Below the pieces are notes generated by a model. It was not told the DNA's origin, did no database searches, and worked only from the letters and a program-made list of their open reading frames with translations. The position numbers and the translations under genes were made by a program. This document shows, one piece after another, positions 35,722-46,580 of a stretch of 64,000 nucleotides of DNA. Location: assembly GCA_963730185.1 (NCBI GenBank), contig CAVSQW010000007.1, forward strand, positions 608,001 through 672,000, given 5' to 3'. This DNA comes from an uncultured Gemmatimonadales bacterium (GTDB taxonomy: Bacteria; Gemmatimonadota; Gemmatimonadetes; Gemmatimonadales; GWC2-71-9). The stretch's first letter is position 1, and each line of letters starts with the position of its first letter.

Positions 35722-35750
35722 AACGTCCTCCACCGATCGGGAACCCTAGG
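35720..35750 (+). promoter_or_regulatory. Putative ECF promoter, copy 1 (GAAACG-N10-ATCGGGAACC)
   Basis: 19/26 identical to 39052-39077; AAC -35 motif; immediately before the anti-sigma ATG. Confidence 0.55.
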
Positions 35751-36354
35751 ATGATGGACCAGCTACCGGTGACCTGCGACCTGGTCGACGAACGGGATCT
35801 TGATCGACGCTACCTCTCGGGGCGGCTCGACGATCAGGAAGCGGCCGCCTTCGAGGCCCATTTCTTCGGGTGTGACCGGTGCTGGCAGCGGGTTAGGGGC
35901 GGTCTGGCGCCCGGGCGGCTTTCCAGGCGGAGGCCGGGCCGACTCGGTCACGGTGGTGGCGACCATGGATGCCGCTGGCCATCGCGGCCGCGCTGGGTGT
36001 CCTCTGGTTCGGTACCCGGCGGTTCGCCGACCGGGGCGCGGCCCTCCGGGACGCCGTGAGGGGAGTCCCCGACAGCATCGCCGTTTCAAGTCGGTTGACT
36101 GCCGACCGGTGGGAGGTGGCGTGGCCCGTCGTGGTCGGGGCCACTGGTATCAGATCCGAGTCTTTACCGGCTCGGGACGCCTCGTCCTGACCCGGGAGAC
36201 CGCCGATACCGGGGCCAGCCTTCCCGCGGACTCGCTCTCCGCCCAGGCTGTGGGGGAGGACCTCTACCTCGAGGTCGGGGCGCTCGACCGACTCAGCCGA
36301 CCGGTGGCCAGTTCCCGCCTTGCTCCCCTTCGGACTCCAGACTCCGGCGGCTAG
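35751..36354 (+). CDS. Zinc-binding (ZAS/zf-HC2) transmembrane anti-sigma factor (frameshifted)
   Basis: YLSGRLDDQEAAAFEAHFFGCDRC (HxxxCxxC); TM PLAIAAALGVLWFG; short extracytoplasmic beta domain WYQIRVFT. Confidence 0.75.
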
Positions 36355-36355
36355 A

Positions 36356-39055
36356 GTGATCAGTCGTCGGCTCTCGATCCTCGCGGCCATCGGCGCCTTG
36401 GGGCTGGTCGCGCTCGGCTCTGGCTGCGGGGTCGAGCCGCGGGCCGCCCCGACCCGCTCCCCGTTCGTGGTCGCCGACAGCCTTCGCGACGAGCGCCGCT
36501 TTGCCCAGGCTCATCCGGAATACCGGCGGCTGCGGGACTCCTTCGCCGTGGCGGCGGATACCGCCAACTGGTGGCGAGCCCAGCTCTGGTGGGCCCAGAC
36601 GCTGATGCGACTGGGCCGAACCGACAGCAGCGAAGCCGCCATCCGTGACGCGTTCGCCCTCGCGGGAGGCGACTCGTCCCGGCTGGCCTGGACCTGGTTG
36701 ATGCGTTGCGGACTCTGGTCGCGACTGGGCGAATCGCTCCGAGCGGTCGATGATTGCGGCCAGGCGTTGCAGCTGGCGGATCGTCTCGGGTCCGGCGACC
36801 TCCAGGCCCGAATCCACATGCAACTCGGGACCGTGTACTCCCGCCGGGGCCTCTATCGCCGGTCGGTCGCCGAGTCGGAGCGAGCCCTTGCCCTCGAGCG
36901 CCAATTCGGGAATTCCGCCCACCAGCTGGCCGGGCGCTCAACAGCATGGGCGTGGAATACGCCGCCGTCGGCCGCCTCGGCGAGGCGGCCCAAGCGTACG
37001 AGGAAGGCCTGGCCATCACTCGCCGGATCGCGGACACCTCCACCGGCGGGTATCTGATCAGCAATCTCGCCGCGCTCCGTTCCTATACCGGCCGGATCGA
37101 TCAGGCCGTGGAACTGATGTCCGAGTCCCTGGCCGCCGCCCAGGTGATGGGCGACACCTCATCGATGGTGTACGCCCGCAACTCCCTGGCCGAGTACTAC
37201 CTCAGGGCCGGCAACCTGGCCGCGGCCCGGTCCGAGGTCGAACGGTCGCTGCCGCTGACGGCCCAGTCGCCGGGCATCTATCGGGTGATCGCGCTCATCA
37301 ACCTGGGCCTGATCGCGATGGCCGAGGGCCATCCGGATTCCGCGGCCACCGCCTTCGAGGAGGCGCTGGGCCCGGCCGTGAGCGGCGGGTTCGCCTACGA
37401 ACGGTTCCGAATCCTGGCGGCGCAGATCCGCCTGGCGATCGGCCGGGGTGATCGCTCGGGGGCCCGACGGCTGGTCGACCTGGCCCGCGCGGTGGCCGAC
37501 TCGCTCGGCGCACCGGACTCGGACCTCGAGGCCTTCACCCTCCAGGGCCTGGTGGCCGAGTCGGAGGGACGCGCCGATGCGGCGGGGATGTTTCTCGACG
37601 GCATCGCGCTGCTGGAGTCCTGGCGGGGCCGGCTCGCCATGGGTGACCTCCGGCTGGGGATCACCGAACCGAAGTGGGCGGTCTACGAAGGCGCGATCCG
37701 GACCCTGTTCGCCCGGGGCGATACCGCCGGCGCCTTCGAGGTCGCTGAGCGAGCCCGGGCCGAGGATGTTGTTGGAGGTCATCGCCGCTCGGACCGGGGC
37801 CGATCGGGGAAGCCGCGCGGACGAACTGAAGTACCGCCTCCGGCAACGATCGGAGGAGATCGGGGCTGGTGCCGACCGGGCGGAGCGGCAGGTGGTCGAA
37901 GCGGAATTGGCGGCGCTCCGAGACTCCCTCGCGGCGGTCGAGGCCGCCGACCCCGTTCGACATCCTGCCCCGGCGCCGTTGGCCGAGCTTCGGGCCCAGC
38001 TGCTTCGCGCTCCGGACGCGTCGCTGTATGCCGTGTTCTGGGGTGACAGCGCCGCCTACGGCTGGTGGGTTACCGGCACCGAGATCCGGGGAGGGCGTCT
38101 GGGTCGGGTCGATTCGCTGGGCGCGGCCCTGGACTTTCTCCGCCGGGCCATCGAGCGCGACCGAGCCGTTCCCTGGCGCCCGGTCGCCTCCCGGATCTAT
38201 CGGCAGATGGTGGCGCCACTCGAGCCCAGTGGTACCGGCCCGATCTTCGCCGTGGTCGACGGCCCGCTGACCAGGGTGCCCCTCGAGGTGCTGGTGCCGG
38301 CGATCGATTCGGCCCCGCTCGGAGCGGTCCGCGACATCGTGTACGGCCCATCGGCATCGGTGCTCGCCGCGCTGGCCGGAACCGCGCGTCCGCCCGGCTG
38401 GGAGCGGACCATGCTGGCGGTGGGCAACCCGCGGGCCTCCTCCCGCGACCAGACCGACGATGGGACCGAGCCGCTCCGGGGCGAGGACCGCCATCTGAAC
38501 CTGCCCTTTGCGGAGTACGAGGCGAAGGAGATCGGCGCATTGTACCGCGACCAGGGGTCCGACGTGCTGGTGGGGCGGGAGGTCACGCTCGCCGGCTGGA
38601 TGGCCCAAAAGCCCGGGCGATACCGGTACCTGCACTTTGCCGCCCATGCCACGGTGAGCGATCGCGAACCAGACCAGAGCCGGCTCCTGTTTGCCGATGG
38701 TGTGCTCGACGCTCGGGCGATTCGGGACCTCGAGCTCTCTGCCGAGTTGGTGACCTTGTCCGCGTGCGAGACGGCGGCGGGACGGCGGGTCCGCGGCGAG
38801 GGGGTGGTCGGTCTCTCCCACGCATTCCTGTCGGCTGGCGCCCGGAGCGCGCTGGTGACGCTGTGGCCGGTCACCGACCGGTCCACGGCGCTCTTCATGA
38901 CCGCCCTCTACCGCGAGCTGCACGACGGCCGCGCCCCTGCCCAGGCGCTTCGCCTGGTGCGGCAACGTTGGATCGAGGGGAAGGGGCCCACCAGTCACCC
39001 GGCCGCTTGGGCCCCATTCGTCCTCATCGGAGACCCAATCCCGCCTCGCCCGTAA
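36356..39055 (+). CDS. Exported TPR-CHAT (caspase-like) protein (frameshifts ~36930, ~37762)
   Basis: Signal/lipobox ISRRLSILAAIGALGLVALGSGC; TPRs; AFEVAERARAR; LHFAAHA (His), LVTLSACET (Cys), LWPVTD, HPAAWAPF. Confidence 0.87.
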
Positions 39056-39083
39056 CGCCATCCCCTCATCGGCAACCTATAGG
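39052..39083 (+). promoter_or_regulatory. Putative ECF promoter, copy 2 (GTAACG-N10-ATCGGCAACC)
   Basis: Matches 35720-35745; upstream of the 39110 operon. Confidence 0.55.
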
Positions 39084-39109
39084 GTAGTCCATAGCCCCGA
39101 GGTTGCCGC

Positions 39110-40647
39110 ATGTTGACCCCGTTGCTCGCCGTCTTGCTGGCCGCGCAGGCTCCCACCCAGCCCCCTGCCGTCAAAGGGGTCTGGGAGCCGGTCAGTTACA
39201 CCGAGGATCTCTCCCTCCGCGAGGTCTTCTTCGTCACCGCGGACAAGGGCTGGGTGGCCGGCGACAAGGGCACCATTCTCCGGACCTCGGACGCCGGAAA
39301 GACCTGGGAGGCGCAGATGGGTGGCGACCCGGCTGCCGACGAGCCTCCCGTGAGACTGCTGCGCTTCATCGACGAGCAACGGGGTTGGGCGTTCAAGGAT
39401 GGGCGCGTGCTCCGGACCGAGGACGGGGAGAGTTGGGAAGACCTCGGTGCCGCTCCGTCGACGTTCACGGAGCTGGCCATGAACTCGGCCCGCGAGGGGA
39501 CCGCCGCCGGCTATGTCGGAATCGGGAGCGCTCCCACCACCCTGTTCAAGACCCGGGGACGGCGGGAAGACCTGGAAACCGGTCGCCGAGTGCTCGGTCA
39601 AGGCGGTGATGGGCGGTCTCGAACCGGACCGTCGCCTGTCACGTGTTCCGGATCCAGTTCGTCACGGCGTCCGTGGGTTATCTGGCCGCCCGAAGCCAAT
39701 GTGTCGGGATGGGGTGTGACGGCCCGCCCATTCTCGGGAAGACCGATGACGGCGGTGAGAGCTGGCGCTTCTTTACGCTCCCCGTCGACGACCAGAACGT
39801 GGGGACCCGGGACCTGTTCTTTACCGACGAGCATACCGGGTTCGTCCGCACCAGCGACGGCAAGCTGTCTCGGACGACCGACGGTGGGGTCACCTGGAAG
39901 GGTCTCCTCGCCAGTGTGGGAAGCAGCGGTCAACTGGGGTTCGCCGACCCGGAGGTGGGCTGGGCGCTGGAGGAGTACAAGGTCAGCTTCACCGTCGACG
40001 GCGGCAGCCGGTGGAAGTCCCGCCCATTCCGGTTTCCCACGATCCCGCGGGCCTGGAGTTTCCCGCGCCGCGACCGCGCCTATGCGGTTGGCGACCACGG
40101 GATGGTGTTTCGCTACCGCGTCCTTCCCGTTGCTCAGCCGGTGGCGGCGGCCTCGGTGCCGGCGCCTGCCATGCCGGCCTTCGCCTCCCCGCTCGACTCT
40201 CAGGTCTCGGCATTGGATGGTTTCGTCCAGGACCTCTCGGCCCTCGTCGAGCAGCTCCCGGATTCGTCCGGGGCGGCCGGGGCCTCACCGGCCGTGACTG
40301 CTGCTCCCGGAGATGCCGGCGCATTCGAGCAGGACGCCCCGCCCTCGGCCTTCGTGGCCGACTGTTGCGGCAAGCCGGTCAACCGTCTCAACGCCATCCT
40401 CGGCGCCGTGCTCCAAAGCCTGCCTCAGTTCGTGACTCGGTTCAAGAACACCAATCTGCTGGTGGCCGGGCTCCGAATGCTCTCCACCATGCCGTCGCAG
40501 CTGAGCGACCTCCGAGGGGCGCTCAGGGAGTTCAAGCGCGCGACCGACAAGCCCAGCGCCCAGGCGGCGCTGCTCCGGCTTGGCGGCGCGGCGAGCTCCC
40601 TCGGGCAGTCGACCAAGTTGGCATTCCAGACGGAGGTGACCCCATGA
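39110..40647 (+). CDS. Secreted YCF48/BNR (Asp-box) beta-propeller protein with helical C-terminus (frameshifts ~39555-39630)
   Basis: Signal peptide; RTSDAGKTW, RTEDGESW, KTDDGGESW, RTTDGGVTW, TVDGGSRW repeats. Confidence 0.82.
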
Positions 40648-42783
40648 CCCGCTCACCCTGGCTCGTCGCGCTGGCCGGCCTGGTGACCACGCCGGTCCTG
40701 GCCCAGCCACCCGCGACGCCGTGCTGCGGCATCGTGCAAGTCGACCCGAGGACTGGGCTGGTGAAGGCCAAGGTTACGGCCGACGGCAGCCTGTTCACCT
40801 TCAAGGTCACCAACCCCTGGATGTTGGCGTCGCTCAAGGTGGGACAGGCGGTCTTTGCCAACTTCGGAAAGCGCCAGGTGTCGCTCGACGGACGCCAGGT
40901 CTGTTGCGCGATCGTCGGCGGCCTCACGGCCGCGCCATCCCCGGCGCCGCCACCTCCGCCCTCCACCGCCGTCCCAGCCGCAGGTGAGCGCGCCTCCCCC
41001 GGTGGCGGTGCGTCCGCCGGCCGGCCGGGCGAGCGCCCCGCCAACTTCGTCCCCGATCGCCGGACCGGTGGTGATCACCGCCGCGATGATCAACAGTCTC
41101 CGACGGTGACCTTCGGCCCACCCCGGGCCTGGACCGCCGTTCCCGCCCGGGCCCGGAGCCGGCTCGAGGCCGCGACCGTCACCGCCCCGGTCGCCGGTCG
41201 GTCGGTCACCGGGTCGATGCTCTATCTCCGCGGTCTCAAGGCCGCGGAGCAGGCGTCCAGCCTTCCCAGGGCGCCCGCCGGCTCCTCTGTGATGCTGGTC
41301 CGCCGGGTTCCGCCGGGGGAGTCCGATCACTATATCGTCGATCCGCAGCTGGCCCGGGAATGGATCGCGGCTCATCCGGTGCCGGACGAAGTGAAGGCGA
41401 CCGAACCGGCGGACAAGGAGTGCGGCAATTGGTACGACAGTTGGGATTGTGCGGGCCAGGCCGTGAGCGACGAGTGGCAACGGGCGTACGACCACGCGGT
41501 GGACCAGTGGAAGGACGCCGAGAAGACGCTCGCCGAGTCCTGGAAGACGACCCAGGCCTGCTTCACCGAGCGGACCATTTCTTCAGGTCGTATCCCGGTC
41601 AAGTTCGAGATCACCCCGTCCATGACGGTGAGCCTCTCCCAGAGCGGATCGAAAGGATCGGCGCAGGGAACGGTGGCCGGCAGTACCACTCTCGGTATTC
41701 CGATGCAGTCCGATGTCGGGGCCCGGCTCGACCTCTTCTATATCCCGTGTCTGCCCTTCGCCGTGCGTCCCAAGGCGCTGGCCGGGGACGGCACCCTGAA
41801 CGGTGGGCGAAGAACTGACAGCGGACGTCTCCGCCACCGGTCGCTTCGACAAGACCTTCACCCTTCCTCCGACCGGCGGTCCGGTGATTCCGATTCAGGT
41901 CTTCCCGATCATCATCGGCGGGGTGCCGGTGGCCGAACTGGATGTGAGTGCTTATATCGAAGGCAATGTCGAGGTCAGCGCGGCCGGCCGTGCCGTAGGG
42001 CAGTTCCGAATCAAGAACACCAACCCGAGCCAGTTCGATTTCGCGTGCAGCGGCAAAGGCTGCTCGGCGAGGTCCAAGGCCCAGGGTTCCTCCACCACCA
42101 CCAACGAAAGCGCCCAGATCCAGGGCACGGTGACGGTCAAACCAGCCCTCTTTACGGCCCTCCAGCTCGATTTCAACTATGAGGCCCTGAGCGCCCGGAT
42201 CGGTCCGCAGCCCTACCTGACGGGCGAAGCCGCGGGATGTGCCGCGGCAGCGGGCTCGCAATCCGGTGGAGGGGCCTCGGCCGTCCGGGAGAATCACGTC
42301 GTCAGTGCCGACCTCGACTGGGGAGTCGAACTCCGGGCGGAGGCGCTGGTGCTGGGCAAGGTCGTGGGAAGTCCCTACGTCCGCAGAGTGATGGCCGACA
42401 AGCACATCTGGTTCCGCGACTTGGCCCCGGGCGGTTCCACCGCTCTGGTGGCCGTGGCCGAGAGTACCGGGCAGGCCACGGTCGGGAAGCCGGCCGGCTA
42501 CAGCGTCAGGATGCCTTCGTGCTACCCCTATCCGGATCGGGTCGAGTACGCCGTCGCCTGGACCGGCAACGCCGCTCCGGCCCCTCGGGCGGGCTGTGTT
42601 TGGCAGGCCGGCGCAGGTCGGGGCCGCTGCAAGGCTGCGCCCCTCCAGGATTTGAACATCCTGCTGACGTGGCCGACCGCGGGCAGCTATTCCCTGACGG
42701 TGGTTCCGGTGGGCGACGCCCACGATCGGATCTTTGCGCCGGCGCCGCCACCGACCACGCTGGAGGTTACCGTCTTGCCCTGA
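40644..42783 (+). CDS. Secreted Cys-rich hypothetical protein (frameshift ~41800)
   Basis: ATGA overlap after GGAGG; signal MTRSPWLVALAGLVTTPVLAQ; PCC/VCC motifs; beta-rich C-terminus in ORF 41803-42783. Confidence 0.7.
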
Positions 42784-42858
42784 CCGGAGCCGGCGAGCGG
42801 TTCCCGTTACCGGCCGCGCGTCCATCATGACCGATGCGCCGGCTCGCCGCTCGGTCGC

Positions 42859-43746
42859 TCACTCCCGGCGAACCGCGAGGCCCTTCACCATTCCCAGCCG
42901 GGCGTGCGGGCGAGCGTCGGGCGTGTCCTGAAACTCGCACAGCAGGACATAAGTCCGGCCTGGCTGGAAGTCCACCCAGATCGCCGTTCGGTTGTCGTCC
43001 CCGGGGTAGGCCGTGAGAATGGCGCCGTCGTCGTCGTAGAGCGAGTCGACGTCGTGGCCCTTCAGGTACTCCGCGAAGAAGAAGGCCGCCGACGTTCCCG
43101 CCTTGAGCCGGCTCAGGGCAGCTTCGTGCCGTTGGGTCCCGGTGTTGCGGATCCGGAGCTCCGTCGGGCCGGCCGCCACGGTATCGGGGAATCGGAAGGC
43201 ATAGTCGCCGGTTTCGACGAGGAGCTGCCGGACCGCGACCGGCGCCGGCGCGGGGGCACCCTCTCGCACGTGGATCCGCTTGAACATCCCCAGCCGGGCG
43301 TGCTCCGGGTGGCCCTCCCCGTCAGTGAAGTTGCACCAGAGGACGTAGTCCCGTCCCGGCTCGAGGTCGACGACCAGCGCGCCATCGCCCAACCCACCCT
43401 CGGGCGCGAAGAGCACGGCGTTCCCGCCGTCGAGGAAGGGCCGAAAGCCGAGGTCGCCGTCGTACGCGGCCACCAGCTGGGCCACGGTGACGTTGCGCCG
43501 GAGCTTCATGACGATCATCTCGTGCCGGACTTTTCCTTCGTTGCGCAAGGTCAGCCTGACCCGTCCCGGCGCCACGGTGTCCGGAACCTCGAAGGCGTAG
43601 TCCCGGGCGACCACCTGGATGACCCGCTCCGGTGGAGTCGGAGGGGTGCGGGTACAGGCCCCCGCCAGGATGCCCAGGGCGAGCGGCAGCCGGAGAATCC
43701 CGCGGCCGGCGGTGAGGGCCGAGGGACGCGGGCCAGGTGGGGTCAT
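42859..43746 (-). CDS. Lipoprotein with two cupredoxin (type-1 copper) domains
   Basis: LAGAC lipobox; two repeats DYAF..PDTV..G...HE...C.F...HARLGM. Confidence 0.8.
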   Translation of the reverse strand: MTPPGPRPSALTAGRGILRLPLALGILAGACTRTPPTPPERVIQVVARDYAFEVPDTVAPGRVRLTLRNEGKVRHEMIVMKLRRNVTVAQLVAAYDGDLGFRPFLDGGNAVLFAPEGGLGDGALVVDLEPGRDYVLWCNFTDGEGHPEHARLGMFKRIHVREGAPAPAPVAVRQLLVETGDYAFRFPDTVAAGPTELRIRNTGTQRHEAALSRLKAGTSAAFFFAEYLKGHDVDSLYDDDGAILTAYPGDDNRTAIWVDFQPGRTYVLLCEFQDTPDARPHARLGMVKGLAVRRE

Positions 43747-44045
43747 TGGGATCCGGTGGTGGTGGTTGGACCGAGACCAACGTACTCGTGGCCGGCCCGG
43801 TGTGCGAGGATTCCGGCACCCGTGGCGCCGGCCCGACGCCGACCCCTCGGGTGGAACATCTTGGACAGCGCGGTCGCTGGCCGGTTGACGACGTGGCCGC
43901 CATATTGGGGCTCTGTTGGCCGATTCTCCCAAAGTCCCGACATCCGGACGAACCTCACCCCGCCCACAGGCGACCGTGGCTACGAGGGCTGGCGTGCCGA
44001 AGCGGCGACGGCCGATGCCGGCCGCGACCGAGAGTGGAGAGCGAC

Positions 44046-44756
44046 GTGCGCATAGCGGACCTCAACTGGATGCAGGTGGAGGAGTATCTCCGCCGTGACG
44101 ACCGGGCCGTCCTGCCGCTCGGCAGCACCGAGCAGCACAGCTATCTCCGGCTTACGGTCGACTGCATCCTTCCCGAACGGGTCGCGGTCGACGCCGCCGA
44201 GCCGCTCGGCGTGCCGGTCTTCCCGGTGGTGCCGTACGGGGTGACGCCCTACTTCCGCGAGTTCCCCGGCTCGGTGTCGCTCCGGGTCGAGACCCACCTC
44301 CGCGTCGTGACCGACATTCTGGACGGCCTGGCCCACAGCGGGTTCCGGCGGATCCTGATCGTCAACGGCCATGGGGGGAACGGCGCGGTCCAGCAGTTCG
44401 TGCCGGAGTGGGTCGCCGATCATCCCCAATGCCGGGTGATCTTCCACAACTGGTGGAACGCGCCCCGGACCTGGGCCAAGGTGCAGGCGATCGATCCGGT
44501 GGGGTCGCACGGCTCCTGGATGGAGAACTTCCCCTGGACCCGCCTCCCGGGTGTCGACATGCCCGGCGAGCCACCGACCCATGGTGGACCTGGCGCGGGT
44601 CCGCGCCCTGGACCGGCGGCGCTCCGGGACTACCTGGGCGACGGCAACTTCGGCGGCGAGTACCAACGCTCCGACGAGGAGATGGTCGCCCTCTGGGAGG
44701 TTGCCGTGAACGAGACCCGCGAGCTGCTCGACGGGCTCGTGGGGCGACGCGCCTGA
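44046..44756 (+). CDS. Creatininase/creatinine amidohydrolase family protein
   Basis: LPLGSTEQH, FPGSVSL, VNGHGGN, GSHGSWME. Confidence 0.9.
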   Translation: MRIADLNWMQVEEYLRRDDRAVLPLGSTEQHSYLRLTVDCILPERVAVDAAEPLGVPVFPVVPYGVTPYFREFPGSVSLRVETHLRVVTDILDGLAHSGFRRILIVNGHGGNGAVQQFVPEWVADHPQCRVIFHNWWNAPRTWAKVQAIDPVGSHGSWMENFPWTRLPGVDMPGEPPTHGGPGAGPRPGPAALRDYLGDGNFGGEYQRSDEEMVALWEVAVNETRELLDGLVGRRA

Positions 44757-44770
44757 CGGCCGGGCCATCC

Positions 44771-45807
44771 ATGCGGACCGTGATCTGGGGCGCGGGCGCG
44801 ATCGGCGGGACCCTGGGCGCCTATCTCGCCCGGGCTGGCGACGACGTCACCTTGGTCGACACGGCGGCCGAGCACGTGGCGGCCATCACCCGCGACGGCC
44901 TCCGAATCACCGGGCCGATCGACGACTTCGCGGTCCGGCTGCCCGCCTTCACGCCGGACCGGGTCGCCGGCACCTGGGACGAGATCGTCCTCGCCACCAA
45001 GGCCCATCACACCGACGACGCCGTCCGGGCCCTGCGCCCGCATCTCGCCGCCAATGGCTCCGTGATCTCGGCCCAGAACGGGCTCAACGAGCTGGCGATC
45101 GCCGAGGTCGTGGGCGCGGAGCGCACGGTGGGAGCGTTCGTGAACTTCGGGGCCGACTACCTCGAGCCCGGCTTGATTCACTACGGCGGCCACGGGGCGG
45201 TGGTCCTGGGCGAGATCGACGGGCGACGCACCGATCGCATCGTCGCGATTCGCGACCGGTGGCACCACTTCAGCCCGGAGGCCGTCGTCACCTCCAATAT
45301 CTGGGGGTACCTCTGGGGGAAGGAGGCCGTACGGTGCGATGCTCTTCGCCACGGCGCTCACCGACGAGTCGATCGCCGACGCGCTGGCCCGGCCCGAGTA
45401 TCGGCCGGTGTACGTGGCTCTGGCGCGCGAGCTGCTCGCCGTGGCCCGGGCCCGGTCGTTCGGCTGGAGCGTTCGACGGTTTCGACCCGGCGCGTACCTG
45501 CCCGATGTGCCCCCGGGCGCGGCCGAGGCCTCCCTCGACGCGCATGGTGGCCCACAACCGTCGCTCGGCCAAGTCGCATAGCGGCATCTGGCGCGACCTC
45601 GCGGTGCGCAAGCGCCCCACGGAGGTCGACGCCCAGCTTGGCGATCGTGGTCCGGCGGGGGCGAGGCGGGCGTGCCGACCCCGCTCACCGCCCGCCTCAT
45701 CGAGCGGATCCACGAAGTCGAGAGGGGCGCGGGACCCGCTCGCTCGCCGACCTCGACGACCCTCGGAGTGCGCTCGCGGGCACCGCTCCGAGGAGCCGCC
45801 GTCATGA
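44771..45807 (+). CDS. Ketopantoate reductase (ApbA/PanE)-like protein (several frameshifts)
   Basis: IWGAGAIGG, LATKAH, SAQNG, WGYLWGK, HSGIWRDLAVRKRPTEVD. Confidence 0.8.
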
Positions 45808-46580
45808 ACGTCGATTTCTCCGGGCGGACCGTCGATCGTGACCGGCGCCGCCCACGGCTTCGGCCGGGCCATCGCCCTGGCCTTCGCGGCGCCCGGGGTG
45901 CCCAGGTCTGGGCCTGCGACGTCCTCGAGGACGAACTCGCGCCAGACCGAGGCCGTCGCGGTCGGGCGACCGGGGCTCGGCCGAGCCTTCGTCGCTCGAC
46001 GTGCGCGACCGGTCCGCCGTCGACGAGTGCGTCGCCGACGCAGTGGCGCGGGTCCGGGCACGGTGGACGTCCTGGTCAACAATGCGGGCGGCGTGCGGGG
46101 CCAGGTGGGCCGTCCGCTCGAAGCGGTGACCCCAGAGGAATGGCGGGCGATCTTCGACGTCAACGTCTCCGGCGCCTTCTACTTCTCCCAGGCCGTGGCG
46201 CCCGCGATGAAGGCGGCGCGGAGCGGGTCGGATCGTCAACATCTCGAGCGGCGCGGGCCTCGGGCATCAGCCTCACCGGGATCCAGGCGTATGCCTCGGC
46301 CAAGGCGGCCCAGATCGGCCTGACCCGTCAGCTGGCCCACGAGCTGGGACCGTGGGGCATTACGGTCAACAACATCGCGCCGGGGTTCGTGCGATCCAAT
46401 CCGACCACCGAGCGGCAGTGGCGGTCCTATGGCGACGAGGGGCAGCGCGCCCTGGTCGATGGATCGCGCTCAAGCGGCTTGGCGCCCCCGAGGACATCGC
46501 GCACGGCGTGCTGTTCTTCGCCTCGCGAGTACGCCGGCTGGATCACCGGCCAAGTTCTTTCGATCGACGGCGGCAAGTGA
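45804..46580 (+). CDS. Short-chain dehydrogenase/reductase (frameshifted)
   Basis: TGAAHGFGRAIA, DVLVNNAGG, YASAK, VNNIAPG, ITGQVLSIDGG. Confidence 0.85.
   Translation: MNVDFSGRTVDRDRRRPRLRPGHRPGLRGARGAQVWACDVLEDELAPDRGRRGRATGARPSLRRSTCATGPPSTSASPTQWRGSGHGGRPGQQCGRRAGPGGPSARSGDPRGMAGDLRRQRLRRLLLLPGRGARDEGGAERVGSSTSRAARASGISLTGIQAYASAKAAQIGLTRQLAHELGPWGITVNNIAPGFVRSNPTTERQWRSYGDEGQRALVDGSRSSGLAPPRTSRTACCSSPREYAGWITGQVLSIDGGK

Noticed and set aside
36356..39055. Type III-E CRISPR (Craspase) locus
   Set aside because: No cas genes or repeat-spacer array are present, and this CHAT protein has an export signal.
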